DNA of 64,000 nucleotides from Azolla caroliniana (lineage: Eukaryota; Plantae; Polypodiophyta): the NCBI GenBank assembly GCA_043228905.1, contig JBHGNT010000012.1:18786001-18850000 (forward strand), written 5' to 3'. Made by a program: the position numbers and the translations under genes. This document shows, piece by piece, positions 37,840 to 51,800 of the stretch. The notes beneath the pieces are model-generated. The model did not search any database and was not told where the DNA came from. It saw only the letters and a program-made list of their open reading frames with translations. The stretch's first letter is position 1. Each line of letters opens with the position of its first letter.

Positions 37840-40800
37840 TCTGGTATTAGAGCGACCTTACTGCACAATGGCAACAGAAAATAAAAGAAGCTGAGAGGAA
37901 AAGGCCAGGTTAGAAATCTTACTTTCATAAAAGGAATATGGCTTCAACATTCGGAACAGGAGTTGAAATCAGAAAGTTCGACGACAAAATTTTTTCCCTA
38001 TGGAAGGAGATGATGCAGGATGTGCTGATCATCTGAAGACAGGTTGAAGCCATTTGGCACAACGAAAAGCCTGCTTCGATGACAACAGAAGAGTGGAGAT
38101 CAGTGGACAAAATATCATGACCCACTATCCGAATGCACCTAGCCGAAAACGTCTACTTTATCATGGCGAAAGAGACGATATTGTTCTCATTATGGGAGAA
38201 ACTACAGGCCATTTATGAAAAGAAGTCCTCATCTTCGAAATTAATTTTGATCAAACAATTGTTCAATATGAAGATGAAAGAGACTGATCCAGCGACCTCC
38301 CACATCAACACCTTTAGCCGGGTGTTATCTAAGCTCTCGTCACAAGGGATCAACTTCGAAGAAGAAGTGAAAGCCCTTGCCCTTGTATCGAGCTTGCCGG
38401 TGAGTTGGGAGGTATTCTGCATGACATACACCAATAGCCGACTGATCCTAAACTTGGACGAAACAATCGGCCAAGTCCTCACAGAGGACATCAGGTCAAA
38501 ATCGATGGGACTAATCATCGATGAGTCGGCAGAAACCCATCACTTGACCGAGTCATTCGACCGACAGAGTCGAACGAAAGAACAAGCCGACAGAACTGGT
38601 CGTCGCTACAACCGATCGAAAACAAGGGGTGACTGACAACGGTCGAAGTCGAAAACGAGCCGATCAAGCGAGTACTGCACACACTGCAAGAAAGCGAGCC
38701 ACAATGTTTTCAACTACTGGTCATTAAAAAGAAAAGAGACCAGTCGGCGATCCAAGCAGAATCAGGGACGTTCCGACTCGGACCACTCTCCAGTCGGCAA
38801 CTAGATCAACGTTGCCGACACCCGATCTGGAGAAATCCTCTCCTTAGAGGACTCAATGATCGGAGAAGTCCTCTACTGTGCACAAGTTGCACACATGTGG
38901 CTACTAGACTCTGGTGCCACATTTCACGTGACCCCCAACATTGAATGGTTCTCGAACTATTCAGTCGACGCCAACGACATAGTTCGATTGGGAAACGGGC
39001 AGGAGTGCAAGATAGCTGGAACCGGGGAGGTTCCCATCAGATTGCCAAATTGCAACACAATAACCCTGCACCGAGTTTGGCACGTACCCGATCTAAAGAG
39101 GAGTCTGGTCTCCATCAGCATGTTAGCTGAAGACGGATATCGAATGACTCTACATGAGTCGACATGGGTGATCAGCCGAGGAATCCTCAAAATCGGTAGT
39201 GGGCACAAGTATAATAATACATACCCATTGATGGCGATCAACCCTGAAGGGGCCGTGAACGTAGCCGAGAAAACCGACCCGAACCTATGGCATGGTCGAC
39301 TTGGCCACATGTCTCAAGCCGGACTTGATCGACTGATGTCAGTTGGCTACATCCCGAAACTCCAGGCAAAGACGAACTTCTGCGAGCATTGTTGATATGG
39401 GAAACAGACCCGAAGTCTGCACTCTCTCCACTACGAGTCGGTACGACAACCCCTAGAGCTCATGCACACAAACATATGTGGGACCATGCCAGAGCGATCA
39501 CTAGGAGGCTCCAAATACTTCATCACATTCGTAGATGACTGTACACGGAAAGTTTGGGCATACTCCATCAAGTCCAAAGATGAAGCGCTCGAGGTCTTGA
39601 CTCGATGGATATCTGAAGTGGAGAACCGATCGGGATATAGAGTGAAGACACTCCGATCCGACAACGGAGGTGAGTACACCTCCGGAGCCTTCAAACAGTA
39701 CCTGTCCGGAAAAGAGATCCGACACCAAAAGACTGTTCCCTACACACCCATGCAAAATGGAATGGCAGAACGGATCAACAGGACGATCCAAGAGAGGGTG
39801 ACGGCAATGCTCCAGCAAGCTGGACAGAGACTGGAATTCTGGGCCGAGGCATTGCAGATGTTAGTGTACCTGATAAATCTGGCACCGTCAAGAGCAATCA
39901 GGCTCGAAGTGCCACAAGTACTATGGTCAGGGAAACAATCGACCTACGATAGGATCTGTATATTCGGATGCGAAGCCTACGCATTCAACCCCAGGGACAA
40001 CAGGACGAAGTTGGCACCCCATGCAACAAAGTGCATATTTCTCGGTTATGGAACCGATGGGGACTTCAGCTACCGGCTATGGGACCCTGAGAATCGGAAA
40101 TTGATCCGGAGCAGCGACGTAGTCTTCAATGAAGACTCTATCTTCTCTCAGTGGAACCAATAGAAAATAGTTGGTAAGAAGGTATCCTTCAAAGAAGACA
40201 GAACTGTTGCAGAAGGACCGTCCCACCGGGCCGAATCAGAGAGTCAACAAATAGTTGAACTCCAACAAGCTGCCAACTTCCCTGCCGACACCGAATCGGC
40301 AACAAGTCCTATCATCGAACTCAAAGAAAAAATCTTCAAAGACACAGCCGAATCGACAAGGATCGATACAGGAAAAGTCACCAAGAGACAAGTCAGAAAA
40401 GAGTTGACGACAACCACAGAGGAGGACAACCAGATACTGCCGAAATCCCAAATGGGGGGCGGGACACCTAACAAGACTCCTGACACAACTGGTTCAACAA
40501 ATACCGATTGTCAATCGGAACCGATCGAAGGATCCGAACCAGATATTACGGCACCCAGGAGATCTGGACGAGCTCGAAGACCAACACAGTTTTATCAATC
40601 GGGCCTCGACTATGTCAACTACATGGATGCAGGCGAACCAAGCACGGATGAAGAAGCTATGGCCGCACTAGACGCCGAAACATGGCTACAAGCCATGAAA
40701 TACGAAATGGACTCGATTCATCAGAATTAGATATGGGAGTTGGTTGAACTACCTCCTGGAAGGAAGCCGCTACGTTGGAAATGGGTTTTCTGATACAAGT

Positions 40801-42190
40801 ATGCATCTGACTCAGAGAAACCCAAGTACAAAGCTTGGTTTGTCGCGAAAGGATTCAAACAGGAATCGGGGTCGACTACGATGAGATATTCTCACCAGTA
40901 GTCAAGATGACCACCCTCCAACTCCTACTAGGAGTCATGGTGATAGAAGATCTAGAGCTCGAGCAGATGGACGTAAAGACAACATTCCTACACGGAGATC
41001 TGGGAGAAGACATATACATGTCTCAACTTGTAGGCTTCACGGCGACGGGGGAGGACAATCACCTCACATGTCAACTAAAGAAAAGTCTATAAGGCCTAAA
41101 ACAAGCGCCAAGAATGTGGTACTAGAAGTTTGACTCCTACATACAACAACTTGGATACAATAGATCAGACTCCGACCCATGCATGTATGTTCGACAATTG
41201 GCCGATGAGGCAAGGATCTATCGGATCCTTTACGTCGACGAAATGTTTATTGCAGGAAGAAATCAAGCAGAGATCGGTAAGATGAAACGGAGCCTTCACA
41301 CAAAGTTCGCGATGAAGGAACTCGGACAAGCCAGACACATATTGGACATGAGGATAGAGTGAAATCAGACGACCAAAACTCTCCGACCCTCCCAGTTCGA
41401 ATACATCCGCAAGGAGCTGAAGTGCTTCAACATGGAGAATGCGAAGCCAACACTGACACCGCTTCCGACGTCAATCAGACTATCGGACAAAGAATCTCCT
41501 GCAATGGACAAGGAGAGAGAACTTAATGGAAAAATACCCTACGCATCGGCAGTAGGAAGTATCATTTACGCAATGGTGGCGATCCGACCTGACCTAGCCT
41601 ATGCCATAGGGGTGGTCAGCCGACACATGTCAAACCCAGGAAAGAAGCATTGGGAGGCCGTCAACCACATCCTTAGGTATCTAAAAGGAACCCTGGATGC
41701 ACAGTTGACTTTCGGACTGACAACCTCAGCCGAAGTCGAAGGCTACACCGATTCTTACTATGCTGGGAACACGGACAGTTGGAAATCGACATCAGGCTAC
41801 ATCTTCACCTATGGTGGCGGTGCAATATCATGGAGGTCGAAACTTCAAGAATGTACGGATCTATCTACCACAAAAGCTAAGTACATAGCAGCATTAGAAG
41901 CAATGAAGGAAGCGATCTGGCTGCACCGACTGTCTGCCGACTTCGGAACTACAAACCGAATAGACCGACCAACGCTGACCATCTATTGCGACTCATAGAG
42001 TGCAATACACCTCATCAACAATCCCATCTACCATGCGAAGGCGAAGCACATTGAGGTGCGCTATCATCATATTCGGGAGCTCGTGAGCGAGAAGAAACTT
42101 GAAATCCGGAAGATTGACACTGAGGTGAACATCGCCGATTGCCTGACGAAGCCACTCCCAGATCAACGCTTCAGAACACTAAGGACGAAG

Positions 42191-42782
42191 TGTTAGGAAA
42201 CAGGTCCCTCCGGATGGGATGACCCGGTGAGAACCGGATGAGGAGTACCCGGAAACAGAAGACCCGGTGAGAACCGGATGATGAGTGCCCGACAAGCGCC
42301 GGATGATGCAGGCCCGGTGAGGAGTGCTCATCGGATGAAGGACATATTCCTAAATATGTTTCTAAGAGTCCATTAGGGCTATATTTGTAAATAGCCGAAA
42401 ATTCAGATTAGTATAAATATGATTTAGGGCAAACTTAGTGATGTTGTTGTCATTCTTGTTGGCGCAAGATTAGAGCGCAAAAATGTACACAGAGAGAGAG
42501 AGAGAGAGAGGAAGAGGTCGTTGCATCTGTTGTAACGCCTGTGGCGAAGATAACAAGCTCGAGGTCGTTGCCTCGGTGCTTTACCATTGTATATTGTTAC
42601 ATAGTGATAGTTTGCAGTCTGTGGGCTGCTGTGGTTTTTTCCCTAGTTTGGGTTTTTTCCACGTTAACATCTTGTGTATTCTTCTCTCCATTGTGTCGTG
42701 CATTCATTCCCGTTTTTCTGTGTTTGATTCTAAGCTTGGTTGTGGCCGAGCATTGTTCATCGGGAGCGCGTAGTTCCTGTCA
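42191..42782 (+). repeat. Copia C 5' LTR
   Basis: TGTTAGG...CTGTCA, direct repeat of 53897-54449 with an extra ~40 bp internal unit. Confidence 0.93.
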
Positions 42783-45700
42783 AAGTGGTATCACAGCGAA
42801 ACGACACAGAAAATGGACGAATCGTTGGGAGGCATGTTCAAGCTCACCGGCTCCAACTATTCCGTGTGGAAGTCAAAGATGAGGGACATGCTCGTGGTTA
42901 AAGATCTTTGGTTGCCGGTTTAGTTCGGGGACAAGAGACCGGACAAAATCGACGCCACGATATGGGAGGTGATGCACATGAAGACAACGACGTACATACG
43001 GTGCTTCATCGACATCAGCCTATACAACAACTTCAATGAAGAGAGCAAGGCTCATGAGCTCTGGGAGAAGATTGACATTATGTTTCAGAACAAAAATGCT
43101 GTTAACCAGGTTTCGGTATTCCGGAAGCTAGTAAGACTCCGGTACCAAGATGGCTCCAGAATGGCGGAGCACATGAATGCCTTCCAGGGGCTGATACACC
43201 AGGCAACATCATTGGAAGTACCTCTCGCTGATGAGGTACTAGCGCTACTCCTACTCAGTTCCCTCCCGGATAGCTGGGAGACGTTGGTTGTCACTTTGGG
43301 CAACGCCGGGCCGGAAGGGAAACGGTTATCCCTAGCAAGAGTGAAGTCGAGCTTGCTAGATGAGGAGGCGCATCGGAAAGATAAGGACACGAGCTCCGAC
43401 TCCAAAGCGCTCCTTACCGAATCGGAACGTGGAAGACAAAGGAACCGTAGTCCCTAGAACTGGGAAAAGTTGGGGACACGGTCAAAGTCAAGGGGGAGGC
43501 CTACTTGCTTCTATTGCGGCAAGCCGGGACACTTCCAGAAGAACTGTCGGCATTTCCGAAAAGACAAGGAAACCGATGGTACCGATTCGAAGCGGACACC
43601 GGACCGGAACGGTAAAGACCGAAGGGGGCCAGACTGGAAGGGAACGACGGCAATCGCGGCAAGTGAAGAAGAGTTGATGCTCATCACCGAGGAGAGTGAG
43701 CTAAACCTTGCCGGCGACGAGATGACTTGGGTGGTCGACTCCAAAGCGTCGTTCCACCTTACCCCGGACTGGAAATGCTTCTCATCCTACTTAGCTGGTG
43801 ATCAGGGTTGTGTCCGGATGGGGAATGAAGGTACATGCTGAATTGTTGGCATAGGAGACGTGTGGTTGACAACACCAACCGGATACAAGCTGCTGCTAAA
43901 GGATGTCCGACACGTTCTGGAGGTTTGTCTAAACCTGATATCAGCCGGTCGGCTAGATGATGAAGGCTACACGGGTAGCATCCGGAACGGTGTTATGAAG
44001 TTCAACAAAGGGAGCCTGATTGTGGCTCGGGCTTGGAAGGTAAACACACTTTACCTGATGAATGCCCGGTTATGTCCGGAGGAACTGAATGTGGCATCCG
44101 ACGCTGTCGGTGAGCTGTGGCACAAGAGGTTGTGTCACATGAGCGAGAAGGGGATGAAGAGGCTTGCAAACGACAACCTCATTCCAGTGAAGAACATGCA
44201 CTTGGAGAAGTGCACTGGCTGTCTGGCCGGTAAACAAAACCGGACCTCCTTCCGATCGAGGCCACTGATGAGACGTAATGCACCACTGGAGTTGGTGCAT
44301 ACTGATGTATGTCAAGTGGACATGAAGTCACATGCTGGATCGCAGTACTTCGTGACGTTCATAGATGACCACAACCGGAAGTTGTGGGCCACACCGTTGA
44401 AGACGAAGGATCGGGTGTTATCCGTCTTCAAAGAGCTCCACGCGAGAGTGGAAAGAGAAACTGGCCGGAAGCTGAAGGCGGTTCGAGCTGATAACGGAGG
44501 TGAATACCGGGGGCAGTTCGAGGAGTACTGTCGCTCGAAGGGAATCCGACTCGAATTTACCGTGCCGAAGACGCCGGAACTAAACGGGCTGGCCAAGAGG
44601 ATGAACCAGACCATAATGGAGAGGGTCTGGAGTATGCTGGTACATGCAAAACTACCCAAGAAGTTTTGTGCTGAGGCACTGTCGACGACGACATATGTGA
44701 TAGACAGATCACCCTCAGTACCCTTGGATGGAGACACGCCACAGAGAGTCTGGACCGGTAAGGAAGTGTCCTACCGGCATCTGAAGGTATTCGGGTGTCT
44801 CGCGTATGTGCATGTATCTAAGGACCGGAGAGGAAAACTAGATCCGAAGACCCGGCCATGCATATTCCTTGGTTACGGTGACGATGAGTTCGGCTACCGA
44901 GTGTGGGACCTGGTTGACAAGAAGGTATTCGGGAGTCGAGATATTATCTTCATGGAGGACAAGACGCTCGCCGACTAGGAGTCGGAGAAGAAGATAATGA
45001 ACTCCGAGTCGACCGGTAAGGATCGATTCTACGATGAGCCGACACAACCGGCAAGAGACCAGTTAGCACTCGAGGAACCAGCCGGTTACGGTGAGGATAC
45101 CAAACCGGTAGAAGAAGAAGTAGAGGAAGCTGAAACCGGAACCGGCCAAGGCCCCGAATCGGATTTGGATGAAGAGCAAATGGAGGAGCTGGTTACCGAA
45201 GCCCAGAGACGGAGATATCCTCTCAGAGAGAGAAGGCCCCCCCGGAGATTTCCGGATGCAGAGCATGTGTTGCTAACCAATGAGGGGGAGCCAGAAGGCT
45301 TCGAAGAAGCGAAGGATGACACCCACAGCCGAAAATGATTAAGTGCCATGCAAGATGAGATGGATTCCCTGCATGAGAACCATACGTACGAATTGGTGGA
45401 GTTTCCTAAAGGAAAGCGGGCACTCCGAAACAAGTGGGTGTACAAGTTGAAACCAAGAGATGCTGACAACCCCCCGAGATACAAAGGCAGTATTAGAGAT
45501 CTAGGTACTAAAGTAAGCTTAAGATAAGGATAAACTAATGATAGATAGAAAGGAGAAAGAGAAAGAAGGGTGCCGATCCACCCGACCACCCCCGAGCGAA
45601 GGGATCGAGACGGACTCGAGCCTTGATCAGCGTCCCATACCACCGCCGCGACGTCGAGTCGTACCCGGTGCTGGCGCGCTCGCTACAAGAGTTGACCCAC

Positions 45701-45949
45701 CACAAGAACAGAGTCTCGATGTAGTCAAAAGATCATCAAATGAGGGTAGCTAGGACTCTTATTTATAGCGATACCCAAGGCCCCCAGGCAAGTTCACACT
45801 TGACCTAATGGGTTGTCTCAATCCTGAGGATTAAAAGTAATCCTCCCCTTCTTTATACTCTCGTTTAACCCTCACACTTATCCACGTGTATAGAATACTA
45901 CGGTAAATTCTCACCACGGGATATTATATGGTCATGCCCGTAACATACT

Positions 45950-48900
45950 CCCCCTTCTTTAAAACATTGCATTCTTGCAATGGAAAGTTAGGGAAGTTTG
46001 TTCTTAGAGTATTCTCGCGTTCCCATGTGGCATCTTTGATAGATTTGTCCATCCATTTAATTTTAAATTCTCAGATTTCTTTAGTACATAACATTTTTGT
46101 TTTAACATCGAGAATTCTTTCTGGTACATGTGGTTTCGAAGATAAATCTTCAGAAGTAACCAGAGTTTCAGTTGTAACTGTGTTGTCGCCAGAACCTAGA
46201 AGTTCTTTTAGACGACTCACATGGAAGACTGGATGAATTCCAACACCATCGGGAAGAGCGAGACGATAGGCTGATGACCCAATGCGTTTGAGGACTGTTA
46301 AAGGTCCACAAAACCGTGGGGCTAACTTAGTGCAGTTACCCGTAGACAATGTCTTAGAATTGTGAGGTTCACGTAAAAATACCTTCTGTCCAAGGTTGAA
46401 TACACGAGGTTGCCTATGATGATCAGCATAAAAACACGCTCTATCTTGATTTGTTTTTATATTATCTTGTGCAATATGCAATATATCTCGCATATCCCGA
46501 AGAAAGTTTTGTGTACTTCGCAACTCATCATGATGTATATTAACATCAATCGGGGCTCGTGGCTGAAAACCATACATCAACATAAAAGGACTATATCCCG
46601 TCGACGTATGCTTGGAGCTGTTATAAGCAAACTCCAAAATTGGGAGATAACGTTCCCATTTTGTTGGTTTTGCACCAACGTATGCTCGAAGCATGTCCTC
46701 AATAATTTGATTTACTCGTTCTGTCTGTCCATCGGATTGAGGATGATCCGTGGAGCTCATGCTCAACGTAGTTTCTAACTTCTTAAAGACTTGTGTCCAA
46801 AAGTCACTAGTAAACTTTGGATCTCGATCACTCATGATATCCATCGGTAACCCATAAAAACAAAATAATTCGTCAACGAATTGGTAAGCCAATTCAGGAG
46901 CTGTTATCGTGGTTTTAGTAGCAATAAATCTGGCCATTTTAGTTAGTCGATCAACGACAACCTAGATGGCATCATGACCTTTTTGGGTGTAAGGAAGGCT
47001 AACAATAAAATCCATGGATATACTTTCCCACTTATTATTGGGAATGTCCAAGGGATGTAAAAGTCTTGCGGCTTTAAGTCGCTCGGCTTTGTTAACCTGA
47101 CATTGGTGACATTTAGTCACATAGCTATGTATGTCAGGACACATCTTACGCCAATAAAATTGAGTGGAGATGAGAACGAGTGTACGATGTATTCCAGGGT
47201 GCCCTGCTGAGGGTGCATCATGGCATTAAAAAAGAATCCTCTTTTTGACCTCGGGTAAATCTGGAACACAAACCTTCCCATTGAGCAAACCGTTAGCAAT
47301 GTGGAAGTATTCCTTTGAGGATGTGGTGGTGTCTGTTCCAGACTCAACTCTTGCCCAATATTTTGCAAAATAACTGTCATCAGGATACTTTCCTCGAAGG
47401 TGATCATAAAGATCTAATGTTATTTCAGTGAAGCTAAGCATGTTATCTTCACGGATGCGACTTAGTGCATCAACGATAGTATTCATGGAACCTTTACGAT
47501 ATCATATGGAAAAATCAAAGTCCTGGATGAGATCAGCCTATCGTGCCTTACGACCTTTCAGGTCTTGTTGGTCACAGAAATATTTCAAGGACTCGTGGTC
47601 CGTAGTTACCACAAAGCGATTTTCATAAAGATAATGGCGCCATGTTTTGAGCGTATGTATAACTGCAAATAATTCCTTTTCTTGAACGGTATACCGACAT
47701 TGAGCAGAATCAAGTTTCTTACTCTCGAATGCTATTGGTTTACCATCTTGATACAAGATAGCACCTATAGCATAATCCTTGCATCGGTTTCAACTTCAAA
47801 AGGTTTTGAAGGATCAGATAAAAGAAGTGAAGGAGCCTTGCAAACCAGGTCCTTGAGTTCCTTAAAGGCGAGGTCTAGTGTAGCATTCCACACAATAGGT
47901 TTTGTAGACTTACACGTTTGACCTTTTAAAAGATCAATAAACAACGTCGTCAATTGGGAGTAATTATGAAGAGACTTTCGCAAAAACCTGACAAAACCAA
48001 GGAATGATCGAACTTCTCGAATATTCCGAAGAGTGGGCCAAAGCTTGATTTTCTCAATGCGAGAAGGATCAATTTCAACTCCTCGTTCGGTTATGAGATG
48101 TCCTAGATAAGTAATTGATTTCTTGAAGAACTCACATTTTGAGATATTCGCATAAAACTGTTTGTCATGCAATGTTTGTAAAACAAAGCAGACATATCTA
48201 GCATGTTCTTTTAATGTACGACTATAAACTAAAATATCATCCAAGAAAATAACGACAAATTTTCCAAGTTGTTCTCGGAAAATGTCATTCATTTCTTGTT
48301 GAAAAGTAGCCAGAGCATTGGTTAAACCAAAAGGCATAACCAAATACTTGTAATGGCCATAGCACGTACGAAATGCCGTTTTAGGAACATCGTCCTCACT
48401 TATTCGTATTTGATGGTAGCCAGTATAGAGATCAAGTTTCGTAAAATACCGAGCTCCCTGGAGACGGTCAATTAGATCGTCAGCCCGGGGCAATGGGTAC
48501 GAATTCTTGATCGTCACTTTATTCAAGCGTCAGTAATTAATACACATACGCCATGTGCCCTCTTTCTTTTTTACCAAGAGAACTGGTGCACCCCATGGAG
48601 ATTTACTATAACGTATATAACCCATTCGTAAATAGTCCTTGAGTTGCTTAGATACCTCATCTTCTTCGGATCGACTTAAGCGATACGGAGGTATACTTAT
48701 TGGTGCAACACCAGGTACAATATCTATACGATGGTCTATATTACGTTTAGGAGGTAACCCATCAGGTAGTTCACTTGGAAAAACATCATAAAAATCATTT
48801 AAGATTTCATCAAGTTGTTGTTGTTCAAAATATGTTAATTGAACCGGGACATTATCGATATTGTAAACATGAATGTCCGAATCAAATACACAATAAAATA

Positions 48901-49522
48901 ACGTAGAAAAAGACAACTCGGATTTTGATGAACACGAGGAAACAATTGAGAGGGATTGTTTTTTGATACATTGAATAAAATGCGTACAATCGTTCAGTAC
49001 AAAAGAAATGGAATGGCGAACCCAATCAATAAATAAAGAAGAGTTTTTATTATAAAACCAGGGATAACCCAATATTACATTGGTGGTACAAAGATTCATT
49101 ACATGGAAGTCTACTTCCTCTATATAAGTATCAATAGAAATTCCTAATGAATGAATCGCCCCGTTGATGTATTGTACTCTTCCATCAGCCAAGTGCATCG
49201 TGTAGGTGTGATCACTTAAGGTGGGTTGGATTCCCCATATCTGAACCAAACGATCATTCACAAAATTGTGTGAGCTTCCCGAATGAAATAAAAATTGTAC
49301 GGGAGATCCATTGATATACCCGTTTGCATGTAGTAAATCATTGGGACCCAATACATAGTGAGGGAAAGAACATTGACAATTACTTAAATGATGTGTATAG
49401 ACCTGAAGGACATTAGGAATCTGACCTTTATGGTCTGCAGCTTTAGCTTTGTTGTTGTGCTCTTTCCATTGGAGCTTCGACATTGATCTTTTGTATGACC
49501 CTTCTTTTTGCAGAATACGCAA
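45950..49522 (-). pseudogene. Pol of chromovirus copy 2 (protease, RT, RNase H, integrase, chromodomain), broken by stops and frameshifts
   Basis: FLFHSGSSHNFV (degenerate DSG), FLDDILVYS, ETDA, WESISMDF and PQSDGQTERVNQ. Confidence 0.9.
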
Positions 49523-50358
49523 AAAGGATGTTGTTGCTTACAATTGCGGTCCAGGAATTCGTTGGGTGTCTTGCGTTTCCCAACAAATTGCGACTGCTTA
49601 GTCCCGGGCGCTTCGTTGGGTTTGTTGTGGTCCTTCTTCGAAGTGCGTTGATAGCGAAGAACTATTTCAATGGCCTCTTCGAAGGATTTTGGATCCTTAT
49701 CGTGCACTATCCAGTGATAGTCCGAATTGGGGATGCCATTGACAAAACAAGCTATCAACCAATTGTCCCCTTCTAGACCCGATTTTTGGATTTGGGTTCT
49801 AGCATGGTGAACATAGTCTTCTAGCGAGGAAAATTTCTTGCTAGAGAGGTTCATCAAAACTTGTGCTGCCTCGGTTCGAGAGGGAGGTTGCAGAAATTGG
49901 CCCTTAAAAATCGTGACAAAATCGGTCCAGGTATCGGGCAATTTCCCCAAAGTACGGAGCCCACGCCACCAGGCGGCGGCCTTACCCCTGAGTTCTCGGC
50001 CGACATATGCAATCTTCGTACTATATGGCGTGGGATAGAGCTCAAAATGAGACTCCCATCGGCCCACCCATGTGCAGATTGCTTCTTCGGTTCTTTCCTT
50101 TTTGTCTCTCGTAAATGGCTTAACAACAAACGATGGTTCACCCTGTCGCTCATCAGGTCTATTAGTCTCACGTTGTAGACTAATGACACGTGCCTCGAGA
50201 GCACTTTGAGATTGCTGAAGTTCGGTCATCTGTTGAGCGGTGAAACTAAGGTATTGGGTTATTTGTGCCAAATACATCTTAGTGGACATTTGTCCAGGAG
50301 GATTCTCTTGAGTTCCTTCCGCTTGAGCGGATGACATCGGGTCGTTAATTTGAGCCAT
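49384..50358 (-). CDS. Gag of chromovirus copy 2
   Basis: 324-aa ORF with ELRGKAAAWW, TWTDF..IFKGQF and the zinc knuckle CVFCKKKGHTKDQC. Confidence 0.85.
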   Translation of the reverse strand: MAQINDPMSSAQAEGTQENPPGQMSTKMYLAQITQYLSFTAQQMTELQQSQSALEARVISLQRETNRPDERQGEPSFVVKPFTRDKKERTEEAICTWVGRWESHFELYPTPYSTKIAYVGRELRGKAAAWWRGLRTLGKLPDTWTDFVTIFKGQFLQPPSRTEAAQVLMNLSSKKFSSLEDYVHHARTQIQKSGLEGDNWLIACFVNGIPNSDYHWIVHDKDPKSFEEAIEIVLRYQRTSKKDHNKPNEAPGTKQSQFVGKRKTPNEFLDRNCKQQHPFCVFCKKKGHTKDQCRSSNGKSTTTKLKLQTIKVRFLMSFRSIHII

Positions 50359-51544
50359 TAAAGATTATTTCTGGAAAAGAAATAGGATAAGGTCAGAGAG
50401 ATAGTCATAACATCACGTCGTGATGTTAACATTTCATGGGCAAACATTAATCGATATCATGATCTCACGTCAATACCCCTGTAGATGTATGAGATGAGGT
50501 TCAAGATCAGGTTCCTATGGTAACACAAAGGTGTTTTAAAAACCATGGGGGTGACAATTTAATGTCTTTCCCTGATCTCTATATCGATTTTTTCATGGTG
50601 GCTCCTCAAGGCTCAACCATGTATGTTTGCATCATGAGTAGTTTATACACGAAAAAAATGTTAACAATAAACTATGTTTCTTTGCCCACATATGTGGTTT
50701 TGGCTCTTTAAGACCTTTTACGAGGACCCCGAGGTGCACTTAGACCTTAAGTCTAAACATGTGTTATAGTCATATGTATGAAGGATATTGTATGGTCTTG
50801 GTCATATTTGAACTCAAGACCTCGAGAACAAATACATTAAACACTTGAGCCAACCAAGTAAGTTGCTCTTCTTGAATGCTTGATGGTTGATGCGTATAAG
50901 AGATATACGAGGCATTTGATCATATATGTTTTTTTTTAAAAGAACATATATGTCAAGGGTCCTTATTTCGCCCTCATTTACCAAAACTATGTTGGTACGT
51001 TACCTAACCTCAAGTCTCATAATTACGATGGCATACGCCAAAGTGCAACCTAATGGTCAAGACAAATGAGCCCTCGTTTCGTAGTAGGCCCACGTGGCCC
51101 ATCACATGGTCACGTCATTACGAATGCCTCTCGTAAGAACGAGCTCATGGTGGCATCGTATCCATGTAACGAGGGAGGGATGTTGGATACGTGTGTCATT
51201 GGAGCGACCTCACTTGAAGTGGGTCAAGCCCTACGTACTCAACATCATTATGGCTATAGGCGTTTCTTTACGTAACGAAATCGAGGTCATCAACGGGGTT
51301 GTCAACAATAAAAAATTGTTGAAAAAGGGATGGTGACAATGCCATTCTCACAAAAATGTGAGGACGGCCACCAACATCCTTTTCCCGACAAGGACAACTT
51401 TCGATATAATCACGTAATAACGAATATACACATATGTTTACTTATCACATATATACGATCAAATACGTATATACGTGACCACATATGCCTATATTAAACA
51501 TATTGTTATATTAAATACCCACAAATGATGTGATCGAGATATGT

Positions 51545-51800
51545 AATCGAGGTATATACCTCTACGCACACGAAACATCCACAAATAAGAGATCATCGTA
51601 ATACGCAATTGAGGTATTGACCTCTTACGCATACGAGACCAAACACATATCCTTTACAACAAATCAAGGTATTAAACTCATACGCAAACGTAACATATGT
51701 TCGTGAACGTAATACGTAATTGAGGTATTAACCTCGTACGCATACGACACTCATCACATATTATTTATATGTCAAACGAGGTATTGACCTCGTGCACATA
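51545..51800. repeat. Array of five palindromic GAGGT-N4-ACCTC units spaced 55-62 bp apart in the chromovirus 5' leader
   Basis: Cores at 51549, 51611, 51666, 51722 and 51778; the first four are followed by TACGCA.ACG. Confidence 0.8.

Noticed and set aside
51545-51800. True CRISPR array
   Set aside because: Eukaryotic retrotransposon context, degenerate repeats, spacers related to each other and no cas genes. Kept only as a hairpin-array finding.
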